A stretch of DNA of 64,000 nt from an uncultured Chloroflexia bacterium (GTDB lineage Bacteria; Chloroflexota; Limnocylindria; Limnocylindrales; CSP1-4), in NCBI GenBank assembly GCA_963729175.1, contig CAVSMY010000011.1, forward strand, positions 151,926 to 215,925. Reading direction: 5' to 3'. This document shows positions 28,010 through 35,990 of the stretch, piece by piece. The translations under genes were made by a program, and so were the position numbers. Each line of letters begins with the position of its first letter. Within the stretch, counting starts at the first letter, position 1. The notes under the pieces are model-generated. The model was not told the DNA's origin. It did not search any database and saw nothing but the letters and a program-made list of their open reading frames with translations.

Positions 28010-28048
28010 GCTAACCCATCGTTAACGTGGAGCCCATGACCCGTTGAC
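28010..28048. promoter_or_regulatory. Pho-box-like direct repeats in the divergent promoter between the tmk-like operon and the atypical regulator
   Basis: gCTAAC (28010) - 11 nt - GTTAAC (28021) - 22 nt - GTTGAC (28043). On the minus strand this reads GTTAACgatggGTTAGC, the same GTTAAC-N5-GTTAR unit as at 28801 and 44307. Confidence 0.5.
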
Positions 28049-28071
28049 CGCCGGGCCGGAGCCTTGAGTCC

Positions 28072-28788
28072 ATGCCCATCGCGGACCCGGCTGCCCGGCA
28101 CGACGGCCTCGCTGGCCCGTGGCTCGCCCTCGCGACCGACGGACCGATCGTCGGAGCCTGCGTCCTTGCCGGAGCGACCGCCCGCAGGACGGCCGATCCG
28201 TCGGAGCTGGCGGAGCTCCTCGACACGCTGCGCCCGCGGGTCGTGCTCGTCGGGTCGCCACCGGCCGGCCCTGCCGAGCTCGACCTCGTCGCGACCGAGC
28301 GACGGAGGCGGTCGTCGATGCGGGCGGTCCTGGTCGATGCGCCGGACGCCAGCGACGAACGGCTCGAGGCGCTCAGCCTGGGGTTCGACGAGGCGCTGCC
28401 GGACACGATCGCGGTGTCCGAGCTCCTCGGCAGGACGCGGCTCCTGCTCCGCCCCGGGTCGCGTCACCTCGCGGCGCGACCTGGCGCGTCGATCCCCCTG
28501 GGCCTCGACCTCGAGCTCGACCTGAGCGGGCAGGCCCTCCGCCGGGGCAGCCAGGCGATCCACCTCCGCCCGAAGGAGTATCGGCTGCTCGCCTTGCTGG
28601 CGACCCATCCGGGCCGCGTCTTCAGTCGTCGGCAGCTCCTCGACCGGGTCTGGGGTCCGGGCCACGAGGCCGATCCCCGGACCGTCGATGTCCACATCCG
28701 CTGGCTGCGCTCGAAGGTCGAGGCGGACCCGGAACGGCCCGAGCGGCTCGTGACGGTCCGCGGGACCGGCTATCGGCTCGACCCCTGA
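28072..28788 (+). CDS. OmpR/PhoB-family winged-helix regulator with degenerate (pseudo-)receiver domain
   Basis: ORF 28072..28788. C-terminus LRPKEYRLLALLATHPGRVFSRRQLLDRVWGPGHEADPRTVDVHIRWLRSKVE...LVTVRGTGYRLDP. The N-terminal REC-like region lacks the acidic pocket and phospho-acceptor Asp (PRVVLVGSPPAG where PDLVLLDxxLPG is expected). Confidence 0.8.
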   Translation: MPIADPAARHDGLAGPWLALATDGPIVGACVLAGATARRTADPSELAELLDTLRPRVVLVGSPPAGPAELDLVATERRRRSSMRAVLVDAPDASDERLEALSLGFDEALPDTIAVSELLGRTRLLLRPGSRHLAARPGASIPLGLDLELDLSGQALRRGSQAIHLRPKEYRLLALLATHPGRVFSRRQLLDRVWGPGHEADPRTVDVHIRWLRSKVEADPERPERLVTVRGTGYRLDP

Positions 28789-28797
28789 GCCAGGGGT
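28781..28797 (+). terminator. Hairpin overlapping the regulator stop codon
   Basis: ACCCCTG-agc-CAGGGGT, a 7-bp stem, spanning TGA 28786-28788. No U-tract. Confidence 0.35.
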
Positions 28798-28800
28798 CCC

Positions 28801-28822
28801 GTTAACGGAGCGTTAACCGAAC
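28801..28822 (+). promoter_or_regulatory. Pho box: two 11-nt direct repeat units upstream of pstS
   Basis: GTTAACggagc GTTAACcgaac (28801-28822), with a third related hexamer GTTGAA at 28835. About 120 nt upstream of the pstS start. Confidence 0.6.
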
Positions 28823-28942
28823 GAGGCATCAGACGTTGAACCGGCGCGCCCAGCCTCGGAGGCGCCACGGAACGGCAAGAGTGCGCTCGCGTCCAGGCTG
28901 GAGAAGGGCCGGACGGACGGCGCGGATGGAGGAAACGACGAC

Positions 28943-30148
28943 GTGACGATGATGACGAAGCGCCTGGCCGCCCTGGGTCTTGGTGCGGCGTTCGCGCTGT
29001 CCGCCTGCTCCAGCGGGGCCACTCCCGCCCCGAGCGCGGCAGCGAGTCCGAGCGCCGCATCCAGCCCCAGCGCCGCCGCCAGCCCGAGCGCTGCGGCCAG
29101 CTCCAGTGCCGCTGCCAGCCCCAGCGCCGCGGCCCTGCCGACCACCCCGCCACCGCCGACCGGCGACGTGACCCTGCAGGGTTCGGGAGCGACCTTCCCG
29201 GCCCCCTTGTACAACGCCTGGATCGAGTCGTATGGCGCGGCCTATCCGAACATCAAGATCGACTATCAGGCGATCGGCTCCGGCGGCGGGATCAAGGCCA
29301 TCACCGAGCAGACCGTCGACTTCGGCGCCTCTGACGCGCCGATGCAGGATACGGAGGTCGCCGCCCTGCCGGCCGGGACGAAGGTCCTCCACGTGCCGAT
29401 GGCACTCGGCGCCGTCGTCATGATCTACAACCTGCCCGGCATCTCGGACCTCCAGCTCGACGATGCGAACATCGCGGGTCTGTTCCTCGGGACGATCACC
29501 AAGTGGAACGATGCAGCCATCGCCGCCAACAACCCGGGCGTGACGCTGCCGGACACCGCCGTGACGGTCTGCCATCGATCGGATGGGTCGGGCACGACGA
29601 ACGCGTTCACGACCTTCCTCGACACGGTCAGCCCCGACTGGCACACCCAGGTCGGCAAGGGCAAGGAAGTGAACTGGCCGGTCGGCATCGGTGGTCAGGG
29701 CAATGACGGCGTGGCCGGCTGCGTGAAGCAGACCGAAGGGGCGGTCGGCTATGTCGAGCTCAACTACGCCACGACCGCGAACCTCACCTCAGCCAAGGTG
29801 AAGAACGCCGACGGCAACTGGGTCTCCGGCTCGACGGCCGGTGTCACGGCGGCCGCCGAGGCCGCGGTGGCGGACTTCCCCGACGACTTCCGCCAGGCCC
29901 CGATCATCAATGGCGCGGGCGCGGACACCTACCCGATCGCCTCGTACACATTCCTGCTCGTCTATCAGGACCAGAAGGACGCGACGAAGGGCCAGGCGCT
30001 CCTCTCGTACATGGTCTGGTGCCTGACCGATGGCCAGAAGGGCGAGGAGACCCTGGGCTACGCCCCGCTCCCGTCCGAGGTCCAGACCAAGTCGCTCGAC
30101 CTGCTTCACACCATCACGGCCAACGGCGCGCCGATCTGGCCGATGTAG
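28943..30148 (+). CDS. pstS: Phosphate ABC transporter substrate-binding lipoprotein PstS
   Basis: ORF 28943..30148. Lipobox AFALSAC, Ala/Ser/Pro linker, then GSGATFPAPLY..W...YQAIGSGGGI...FGASDAP...HRSDGSGTT. GGAGGA upstream. The start could also be ATG 28949 or 28952. Confidence 0.9.
   Translation: MTMMTKRLAALGLGAAFALSACSSGATPAPSAAASPSAASSPSAAASPSAAASSSAAASPSAAALPTTPPPPTGDVTLQGSGATFPAPLYNAWIESYGAAYPNIKIDYQAIGSGGGIKAITEQTVDFGASDAPMQDTEVAALPAGTKVLHVPMALGAVVMIYNLPGISDLQLDDANIAGLFLGTITKWNDAAIAANNPGVTLPDTAVTVCHRSDGSGTTNAFTTFLDTVSPDWHTQVGKGKEVNWPVGIGGQGNDGVAGCVKQTEGAVGYVELNYATTANLTSAKVKNADGNWVSGSTAGVTAAAEAAVADFPDDFRQAPIINGAGADTYPIASYTFLLVYQDQKDATKGQALLSYMVWCLTDGQKGEETLGYAPLPSEVQTKSLDLLHTITANGAPIWPM
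29039..29128 (+). repeat. 18-bp tandem repeat x5 encoding (AAS[PS]SA)n linker of PstS
   Basis: Units gcagcgagtccgagcgcc, gcatccagccccagcgcc, gccgccagcccgagcgct, gcggccagctccagtgcc and gctgccagccccagcgcc, read directly. Confidence 0.8.
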
Positions 30149-30165
30149 GTCCGTCCTGCTCGTTG

Positions 30166-30209
30166 ACAGGCCGGTCGCGCGCGGCTCGAAGCGCGGCCGG
30201 CCTGTTTAT
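30166..30209 (+). terminator. Long intercistronic hairpin plus TTTAT between pstS and pstC (partial terminator/attenuator)
   Basis: ACAGGCCGG (30166-30174) pairs with CCGGCCTGT (30197-30205). An inner stem cgcgc/gcgcg gives about 15 bp in total. Followed by tttat. Confidence 0.6.
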
Positions 30210-30253
30210 CCTCAGCTCCCACCACATCCGACCGGACCGGAGGCACGGCGAGC

Positions 30254-31216
30254 ATGGCCCAGGACATCGAAGCCCCGCCACTGAAGCTTCCCTCGACGGG
30301 CTCCCGGTGGCCGGACCGGCTGTTCCGCGGCACGTCCAGGCTCGCCGCATGGGCGATGGTCGCGATCCTCATCGGACTCGCGATCATGCTGACCCTGAGC
30401 TCGATCCCGGCATTCCAGGAGTTCGGGGTGTGGGACTTCGTCACCGGGACCGTCTGGGACCCGGTCAAGAGCATCTACGGCGCGCTGCCGTACATCGTCG
30501 GCACGATCCTGTCGTCGCTCATCGCCCTGATCATCGCGGCGCCGATCGCGATCCTCACTGCCATCTACCTGGCCGAGCTCGCCCCGCCGCGGATCGCCAC
30601 CCCGCTGACCTTCCTCATCGAGCTGATCGCCGCGATCCCGAGCGTCGTCATCGGCCTCTGGGGCGTGTTCGTCCTGACGCCGTTCCTCAAGGGCACGGTC
30701 GAGAGCTGGGTCGTCTCGAACTTCGGCTGGATCCCGATCTTCCAGGGTCCGCCGCTCGGCGTCGGGCTATTCGCGGCCGGCGTCATCCTGTCGATCATGA
30801 TCCTGCCGACGATCGTGACGATCTCGCGCGAGGTCATCCGATCGGTCCCCGACAACCAACGCGAGGCGATGCTCGGCCTTGGCGCCACGCGCTGGGAGAC
30901 GACGTGGAAGGCCGTCCTGCCGTTCGCCCGATCCGGCATCGTCGGTGCGATCATCCTGGGCCTCGGCCGGGCCCTCGGCGAGACGATGGCGGTGACGCTG
31001 GTCATCGGCAACAGTCCGAAGCTACCCGACTCGATCTTCGATCAGTCGCAGACCATCGCGTCGAAGATCGCGACGACGTTCAATGAGGCGAGCGTCGGCC
31101 TCCAGACCTCGAGCCTCATCGCCCTGGGCCTCATCCTGCTGGTCATCACGATCCTGCTCAACATCGCGGCGCGTGGCCTTGTCTGGAGCGTCGCCGGTGC
31201 CGTGAAGGCCGAGTGA
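30254..31216 (+). CDS. pstC: Phosphate ABC transporter permease PstC
   Basis: ORF 30254..31216. Multi-TM. LAELAPPRIATPLTFLIELIAAIPSVVIGLWG and the EAMLGLGATRWET motif. Confidence 0.9.
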   Translation: MAQDIEAPPLKLPSTGSRWPDRLFRGTSRLAAWAMVAILIGLAIMLTLSSIPAFQEFGVWDFVTGTVWDPVKSIYGALPYIVGTILSSLIALIIAAPIAILTAIYLAELAPPRIATPLTFLIELIAAIPSVVIGLWGVFVLTPFLKGTVESWVVSNFGWIPIFQGPPLGVGLFAAGVILSIMILPTIVTISREVIRSVPDNQREAMLGLGATRWETTWKAVLPFARSGIVGAIILGLGRALGETMAVTLVIGNSPKLPDSIFDQSQTIASKIATTFNEASVGLQTSSLIALGLILLVITILLNIAARGLVWSVAGAVKAE

Positions 31217-31217
31217 C

Positions 31218-32105
31218 ATGACCGCCGCCGCGACCCCTCGGGTCACCGCTCAGCTGCTCGAGCGCACCAGCGCCGACCGCCGTCGCATGATCGTCGATCG
31301 GACGATGCGGGCGCTCTGCATGATCGCTGCGGTCGCCTGCGTCGTGCCCCTGGCTGCGATCATCGCCTACGTCGTGATCAACGGCCTCCAGGCGCTCTCG
31401 CTCGACCTGGTCATCAGGCCGCCGACCGCATCGGGCGTCAACGGCGGAGCGCTCAACGCGATCCTCGGCAGCATCCAGATGGTCGGACTCGCGTCCCTCA
31501 TGGCCATCCCGATCGGGATCCTGGGGGGTGTCTTCGTCCACGAGTTCAGTGACCGCCGGTCCGCCCGGACGATCCGCTTCGCTGCCGACGTCTTCGTCGG
31601 TGTGCCGTCCATCCTCGTGGGCATCTTCGTCTTCACGATCCTCGTGCTGCCGTTCAAGCAGTACAACGCCTTCGCTGGCAGCGTCGCCCTGGCGTTCATC
31701 ATGATCCCGGTGATCCTTCGGTCGACCGAGGAGATCCTGAAGCTCGTTCCCGGGACGCTTCGCGAGGCCTCACTGGCACTCGGTGTGCCGATGTGGCGGA
31801 CGGTGGGCTCGATCATGGTCCGGACCGGACTGCCCGGGATCCTCACCGGCGTCATGCTGGCGGTGGCCCGAGCTGCCGGCGAGACGGCGCCGCTCCTGTT
31901 CACCGCGCTGGGCAGTCGGCTCGTCAACATCGGCGACTTCTCCAAACCGATGGATGCCCTGCCACTCTTCATCTACACCAACGCGCGGCAGCCGTACCCG
32001 GTGCTCAACGCCCAGGCGTGGGGCGCGTCGCTGCTGCTGCTGATCTTCGTCCTGTCCATCAACATCCTGGTGCGCTTCCGCACCCGGTCCGAGCGCATCA
32101 GGTAG
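31218..32105 (+). CDS. pstA: Phosphate ABC transporter permease PstA
   Basis: ORF 31218..32105. [15 protein letters not shown] and [10 protein letters not shown] motifs. Starts 1 nt after the pstC stop. Confidence 0.9.
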   Translation: MTAAATPRVTAQLLERTSADRRRMIVDRTMRALCMIAAVACVVPLAAIIAYVVINGLQALSLDLVIRPPTASGVNGGALNAILGSIQMVGLASLMAIPIGILGGVFVHEFSDRRSARTIRFAADVFVGVPSILVGIFVFTILVLPFKQYNAFAGSVALAFIMIPVILRSTEEILKLVPGTLREASLALGVPMWRTVGSIMVRTGLPGILTGVMLAVARAAGETAPLLFTALGSRLVNIGDFSKPMDALPLFIYTNARQPYPVLNAQAWGASLLLLIFVLSINILVRFRTRSERIR

Positions 32106-32115
32106 GAGGGCCCAG

Positions 32116-33057
32116 ATGATGTCCGTCGAGCGGCCCGATCCCCCGCCGGCCGCGCCCGACCCGATCGCCGATGACATCGGTCCCCTGCCCGTCGATGACA
32201 GTCCAGCGGCGGACCGGCGGGACGGTCATCCGGCGGTGCCCGTGCCGATCGCCCGCCCGGTGGCGACGCCGGAGGACGAGGCCGCCAGTGGGCGGATCTC
32301 GGTCCAGGATCTGTCCGCCTACTACGGCACGTTCCGGGCCGTCCGTGACGTCTCGATGGAGATCAAGCCTCACGCGGTCACGGCGATCATCGGTCCGTCC
32401 GGCAGCGGCAAGAGCACATTCATCAGATCGCTCAACCGGATGCACGAGCTGAACCCCGGTGCCCGGATCGAGGGCCATCTGTTTCTCGACGGCACGGACC
32501 TGTATGCGCCGTCCGTGGATGCCGTCCAGCTCCGGCGGGTCATCGGGATGGTCTTTCAGCGACCCAACCCCTTCCCGACGATGTCGATCTGGGGGAATGT
32601 GGTCGCCGGACTCAAGCTGACCGGCCGTCACCGCAAGTCGGAGCTTGACGAGGTCGTCGAACGATGCCTCCGTCAGGCAGCGCTGTGGGACGAGGTGAAG
32701 GACAAGCTTGACCAGAGCGGTGTGTCGCTGTCCGGCGGACAGCAGCAGCGCCTGTGCATCGCCCGCGCCCTCGCGGTCGGACCGAGCGTCCTACTCATGG
32801 ACGAGCCGGCGTCAGCCCTCGACCCGATCTCGACCCTCCGGATCGAAGAGCTGATCCTCGAGCTCCGCACGACCTACACGATCGTGATCGTCACCCACAA
32901 CATGCAGCAGGCGTCGCGCGTGAGCGATCAGACGGCATTCCTCAACATGGGCGACGACGGCGCCGGCTACCTCGTCGAGATCGGCGACACGGTCGAGATC
33001 TTCACCAACCCCAAGAACCAGGTGACCGAGGACTACGTCTCCGGTCGGTTCGGCTGA
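32116..33057 (+). CDS. pstB: Phosphate ABC transporter ATP-binding protein PstB (about 55-aa N-terminal extension)
   Basis: ORF 32116..33057. [62 protein letters not shown] 5 nt upstream of ATG 32116 supports the long N-terminus. Confidence 0.9.
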   Translation: MMSVERPDPPPAAPDPIADDIGPLPVDDSPAADRRDGHPAVPVPIARPVATPEDEAASGRISVQDLSAYYGTFRAVRDVSMEIKPHAVTAIIGPSGSGKSTFIRSLNRMHELNPGARIEGHLFLDGTDLYAPSVDAVQLRRVIGMVFQRPNPFPTMSIWGNVVAGLKLTGRHRKSELDEVVERCLRQAALWDEVKDKLDQSGVSLSGGQQQRLCIARALAVGPSVLLMDEPASALDPISTLRIEELILELRTTYTIVIVTHNMQQASRVSDQTAFLNMGDDGAGYLVEIGDTVEIFTNPKNQVTEDYVSGRFG

Positions 33058-33068
33058 GAGGTCTGGAC

Positions 33069-33824
33069 ATGACCGACAACGCCTACGACTCGGCCGACCC
33101 CGTCAAGGTCCAGGTCGAGGAGATCCTGAGCGAGCTCTCGGCGCGCGCAGAGCACCCCCTTCAGATGCACGTCCGGACCGCGCTCGACCAGGAGGAGCAG
33201 CTGATCAAGGACGCGATCCTCCGGATGGGGTCGCTGGTCGAGGACGCGATCCGGGCCGCAGCGCGCGCCCTCGTCGAGCACGATTCCGAAGCCGCCGTCG
33301 AAGTGATCCGCAACGACCCGGTCATCAACGAGCTGCAGCGCAGCGTCACCCGTCTGATCGCCGTGACGATCGCGACCCAGCAGCCGGTCGCGCGGGACCT
33401 GCGCTACCTGCTCACGCTCGACCACGTGAGCTACGAGCTCGAGCGGATCGGCGACCACGCGAGCTCGGTCGCGAAGCAGGTCACGAAGCTCGCTCCGGAG
33501 CCGCCCCTCAAGGGCTACGTCAACCTGCCGGAGATGGCGGAGCGCGGCGCGACGCTTCTCCACGGCATCCTGCGAGCCTTGGTCGACGCGGATGCGATCA
33601 TGGCTCGCGAGCTGGCCGTGACGGACGACGAGATCGACCGGCTGAATCACGCGACGTTCGACGCCTGCATCGAGCTGTCGCGGCAGCACCCCGACAACGT
33701 CGAGCGGGCATTCCACATCGTCATCGCCAGCCACTACCTCGAACGGATCGGGGATCGCGCGACGAACATCGCCGAGGACATCGTGTTCCTCGCCACCGGC
33801 GACGTCGAGGACCTGAACCCCTGA
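33069..33824 (+). CDS. phoU: Phosphate signalling complex protein PhoU
   Basis: In the ORF 32754..33824 frame from ATG 33069. Two PhoU repeats: DPVINELQRSVTRLIAVTIATQQPVARDLRYLLTLDHVSYELERIGDHA and ...HYLERIGDRATNIAEDI. Confidence 0.9.
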   Translation: MTDNAYDSADPVKVQVEEILSELSARAEHPLQMHVRTALDQEEQLIKDAILRMGSLVEDAIRAAARALVEHDSEAAVEVIRNDPVINELQRSVTRLIAVTIATQQPVARDLRYLLTLDHVSYELERIGDHASSVAKQVTKLAPEPPLKGYVNLPEMAERGATLLHGILRALVDADAIMARELAVTDDEIDRLNHATFDACIELSRQHPDNVERAFHIVIASHYLERIGDRATNIAEDIVFLATGDVEDLNP

Positions 33825-33874
33825 AGCCCTCGTCCGGAGATCGGTCCGGGCGGCCGTCGGTCACAGGGCGTTCA

Positions 33875-33895
33875 CGCCCCGGAAACATCGGGGCG
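33875..33895 (+). terminator. Hairpin downstream of phoU
   Basis: CGCCCCG-gaaacat-CGGGGCG, a 7-bp stem, 50 nt after the phoU stop. No U-tract. Confidence 0.3.
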
Positions 33896-33954
33896 CGAGC
33901 ATCCGGGCATGGAGCGTTCCGGCGGCCACGATCCTGGGGGGTCCTGACGTGGAC

Positions 33955-34038
33955 ATGCTCGGAGCGTCGATCCTCGGCCTCATCGCCAGCATCGCGCTGC
34001 TGTTGGCAGTGACGTTCGTGTATCGCGCCCGCGCCTGA
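33955..34038 (+). CDS. Possible 27-aa single-TM micropeptide
   Basis: Own translation: MLGASILGLIASIALLLAVTFVYRARA, stop TGA 34036-34038. GC3 about 88 percent. A G-run (33935-33940) lies upstream, and an alternative GTG is at 33949. Too short for the ORF track. Confidence 0.3.
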   Translation: MLGASILGLIASIALLLAVTFVYRARA

Positions 34039-34185
34039 ACGCCGGTCCTCCACGACTCACGGCCCGGACGCCTGCCACGGCGTGCGGGCCGTCGAGTGTC
34101 CGCGGATGGGCCGGGCCGTGACCGGGTCCGGCAGGGCCGCGACCGGGTCCGGCCGCCGGTGACGTCGCCGCGGCGGCTGACGCGC

Positions 34186-34191
34186 TAGTCT
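34186..34191 (+). promoter_or_regulatory. -10-like hexamer TAGTCT 7 nt upstream of the sixA ATG (leaderless-type arrangement)
   Basis: TAnnnT hexamer at 34186-34191 and ATG at 34199 with no SD. The direct repeat gaccgggtccggc occurs twice at about 34120 and 34141 upstream. Confidence 0.3.
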
Positions 34192-34198
34192 GGCGACC

Positions 34199-34696
34199 AT
34201 GGCCGACCGGACCGCGCTCCACCTCCTCCGCCATGCCGACGCGGGTGATCCCGAGGCATGGTCGCGGCCCGATGCCGAGCGACCGCTTTCGGGCAAGGGA
34301 CGCAAGCAGGCCGAGCGACTCGGCCGATTCCTCGCTGCCGGAGGCTTCCGGACCGACGCACTGATCACCTCGCCGAAGGTCCGGGCGGCCGAGACGGCCG
34401 AGCTCGTGGCGGCCGAGCTGGTCGTCCCGGTCATCGTCGACGAGCGACTCGCCGAAGGGCTCGACGCGACCGACCTCGTTGAGATCCTCAGCGCCGCCGG
34501 AGACCCGCGCCGTCCGGTCCTGGTCGGCCACGACCCCGACTTCAGCTGGATCGCGACCTGGCTGACCGGGGCGGAGGTGACCCTGAAGAAGGGCGCGATG
34601 GCCCGGATCGACCTCGAAGGGCCGCCCGGATCAGCGAGCGGCCACCTGCGCTGGCTCTTGCCGCCCGACCTGCTCGACCCGGGCAAGCCCGACTGA
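34199..34696 (+). CDS. sixA: Phosphohistidine phosphatase SixA (histidine phosphatase superfamily)
   Basis: ORF 34199..34696. LHLLRHADAG (RHG-type motif), SPKVRAAETAE, LVGHDPDFS. Confidence 0.8.
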   Translation: MADRTALHLLRHADAGDPEAWSRPDAERPLSGKGRKQAERLGRFLAAGGFRTDALITSPKVRAAETAELVAAELVVPVIVDERLAEGLDATDLVEILSAAGDPRRPVLVGHDPDFSWIATWLTGAEVTLKKGAMARIDLEGPPGSASGHLRWLLPPDLLDPGKPD

Positions 34697-34748
34697 CGTC
34701 GGCACCGGCTCGTCGGGTCGGCGCCCGACCTCGGCGCCAGGCCGCTCC

Positions 34749-35969
34749 CTAGTCGGCAGCGACCGGGAACGGCAGCGCGATCGGGTCGGCCGCGTGACGG
34801 CTGCGGCCCTCGGCGTCGAAGCGATCGAGCCCCAGGTCGGCCGCCACCACGTCGACGACGTCGCTTCGGCCGTGGAGCGCGAGATCCGCCGCGACGCGAG
34901 CGACCGCCGGTCCCCACATCATCCCGTGCCCGCCGGGAGAGGCGACCCAGACGCCCTCGATGCGGCCTCGATCCGGCGTGATCGCCGGACCGAGGATCGG
35001 CAGATGGTCGGGGGTGTAGTCGATCGTCGCCGCCCAGACCTTCCGGATGCCGAGTCCGGCGGTCGTGGGGACGAGGCTCGCCAGACGCGCCCGGGTGCGC
35101 TCGAGGTCGGCGAAGTCGATCGAGCGGGCCTCGCCGGGCGTCTCATGGGGGTTGCTCCAGCCCCATAGCAGGCCACCCTCCTCCAGCCGCCAGTAGAGAC
35201 CCCGCCCGATGTCGAACACCATCGGCAGGCGGTCCACCTCGAACGCCTCGTGCGGCTCGGTCACGACCACGGTGTGCCGAGCCGCTCCGGCGGGGATCCG
35301 CAGACCCACCAGCCGTCCGACGCCGCGAAGCGTCGGGCCGCCGGTCAGGATGACTCGCTCCGTGGCGATCGGGCCGTCGGTCGTCTCCACCCCGACGACC
35401 CGCTGCCCTCCCCCACCCGCCGGCTCGGTCCGCAGTCCGGCGAACGCCGTCCGTTCCCGCAGGGTCACGCCGGCGTGGGCCATCGCCAGCGAGTACGCCC
35501 GGACATTCCGGGGCGGGTCGATGTGGCCGTCGCCGGCGCGGTAGCTGCCGCCGCGATGGCCGACGGGCGAGAGGGTCGGGTTCAGCCGGACCGCCTCGTC
35601 GGCGTCGACCCAGCGGACGTCGAGACCCTCGGCCTGCTGCATCGCGACGCGCGTCCGGCCCTCGCGCTCGTCATCGTCGGTGATCGCCAGGATCAGATAG
35701 CCGAGCTCGCGGAACCCGGAGTCCGTCCCGTCGCGGGTCGCCTGGGACCGGTAGAAGTCGATCGACCAGGCGCCGAGTGCGACCGTCGCCGGCGTCCCGC
35801 CCTGGGCCCGGACGATCCCCGCGGCGCGGCTCGAGGCGCCCGAGCCGACGGTCGCCTGCTCGAGCACGACGACACGGCCGACGCCGTCCTGGGCGGCGAA
35901 CACCGAGGCCCAGCCGCCGACCGTGCCCGCCCCGACGACGACGAGATCCGCGCGCTCCATCGCACCCAA
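34749..35969 (-). CDS. FAD-dependent oxidoreductase (DAO family; sarcosine oxidase beta / glycine oxidase-like)
   Basis: ORF 34749..35969. ADLVVVGAGTVGGWASVFAAQDG, GASSRAAGIVRAQ. C-terminus PGGHGMMWGPAVARVAADL. Confidence 0.85.
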   Translation of the reverse strand: MGAMERADLVVVGAGTVGGWASVFAAQDGVGRVVVLEQATVGSGASSRAAGIVRAQGGTPATVALGAWSIDFYRSQATRDGTDSGFRELGYLILAITDDDEREGRTRVAMQQAEGLDVRWVDADEAVRLNPTLSPVGHRGGSYRAGDGHIDPPRNVRAYSLAMAHAGVTLRERTAFAGLRTEPAGGGGQRVVGVETTDGPIATERVILTGGPTLRGVGRLVGLRIPAGAARHTVVVTEPHEAFEVDRLPMVFDIGRGLYWRLEEGGLLWGWSNPHETPGEARSIDFADLERTRARLASLVPTTAGLGIRKVWAATIDYTPDHLPILGPAITPDRGRIEGVWVASPGGHGMMWGPAVARVAADLALHGRSDVVDVVAADLGLDRFDAEGRSRHAADPIALPFPVAAD

Positions 35970-35990
35970 GTCTACGGTCCGGCGCTCGGC

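Noticed and set aside
12641-29128. Short tandem repeats (12, 15, 18 bp) considered as possible CRISPR or minisatellite arrays
   Set aside because: All of them are in-frame coding low-complexity repeats with 3-5 contiguous units and no spacers. No repeat-spacer architecture and no cas-like genes are present.
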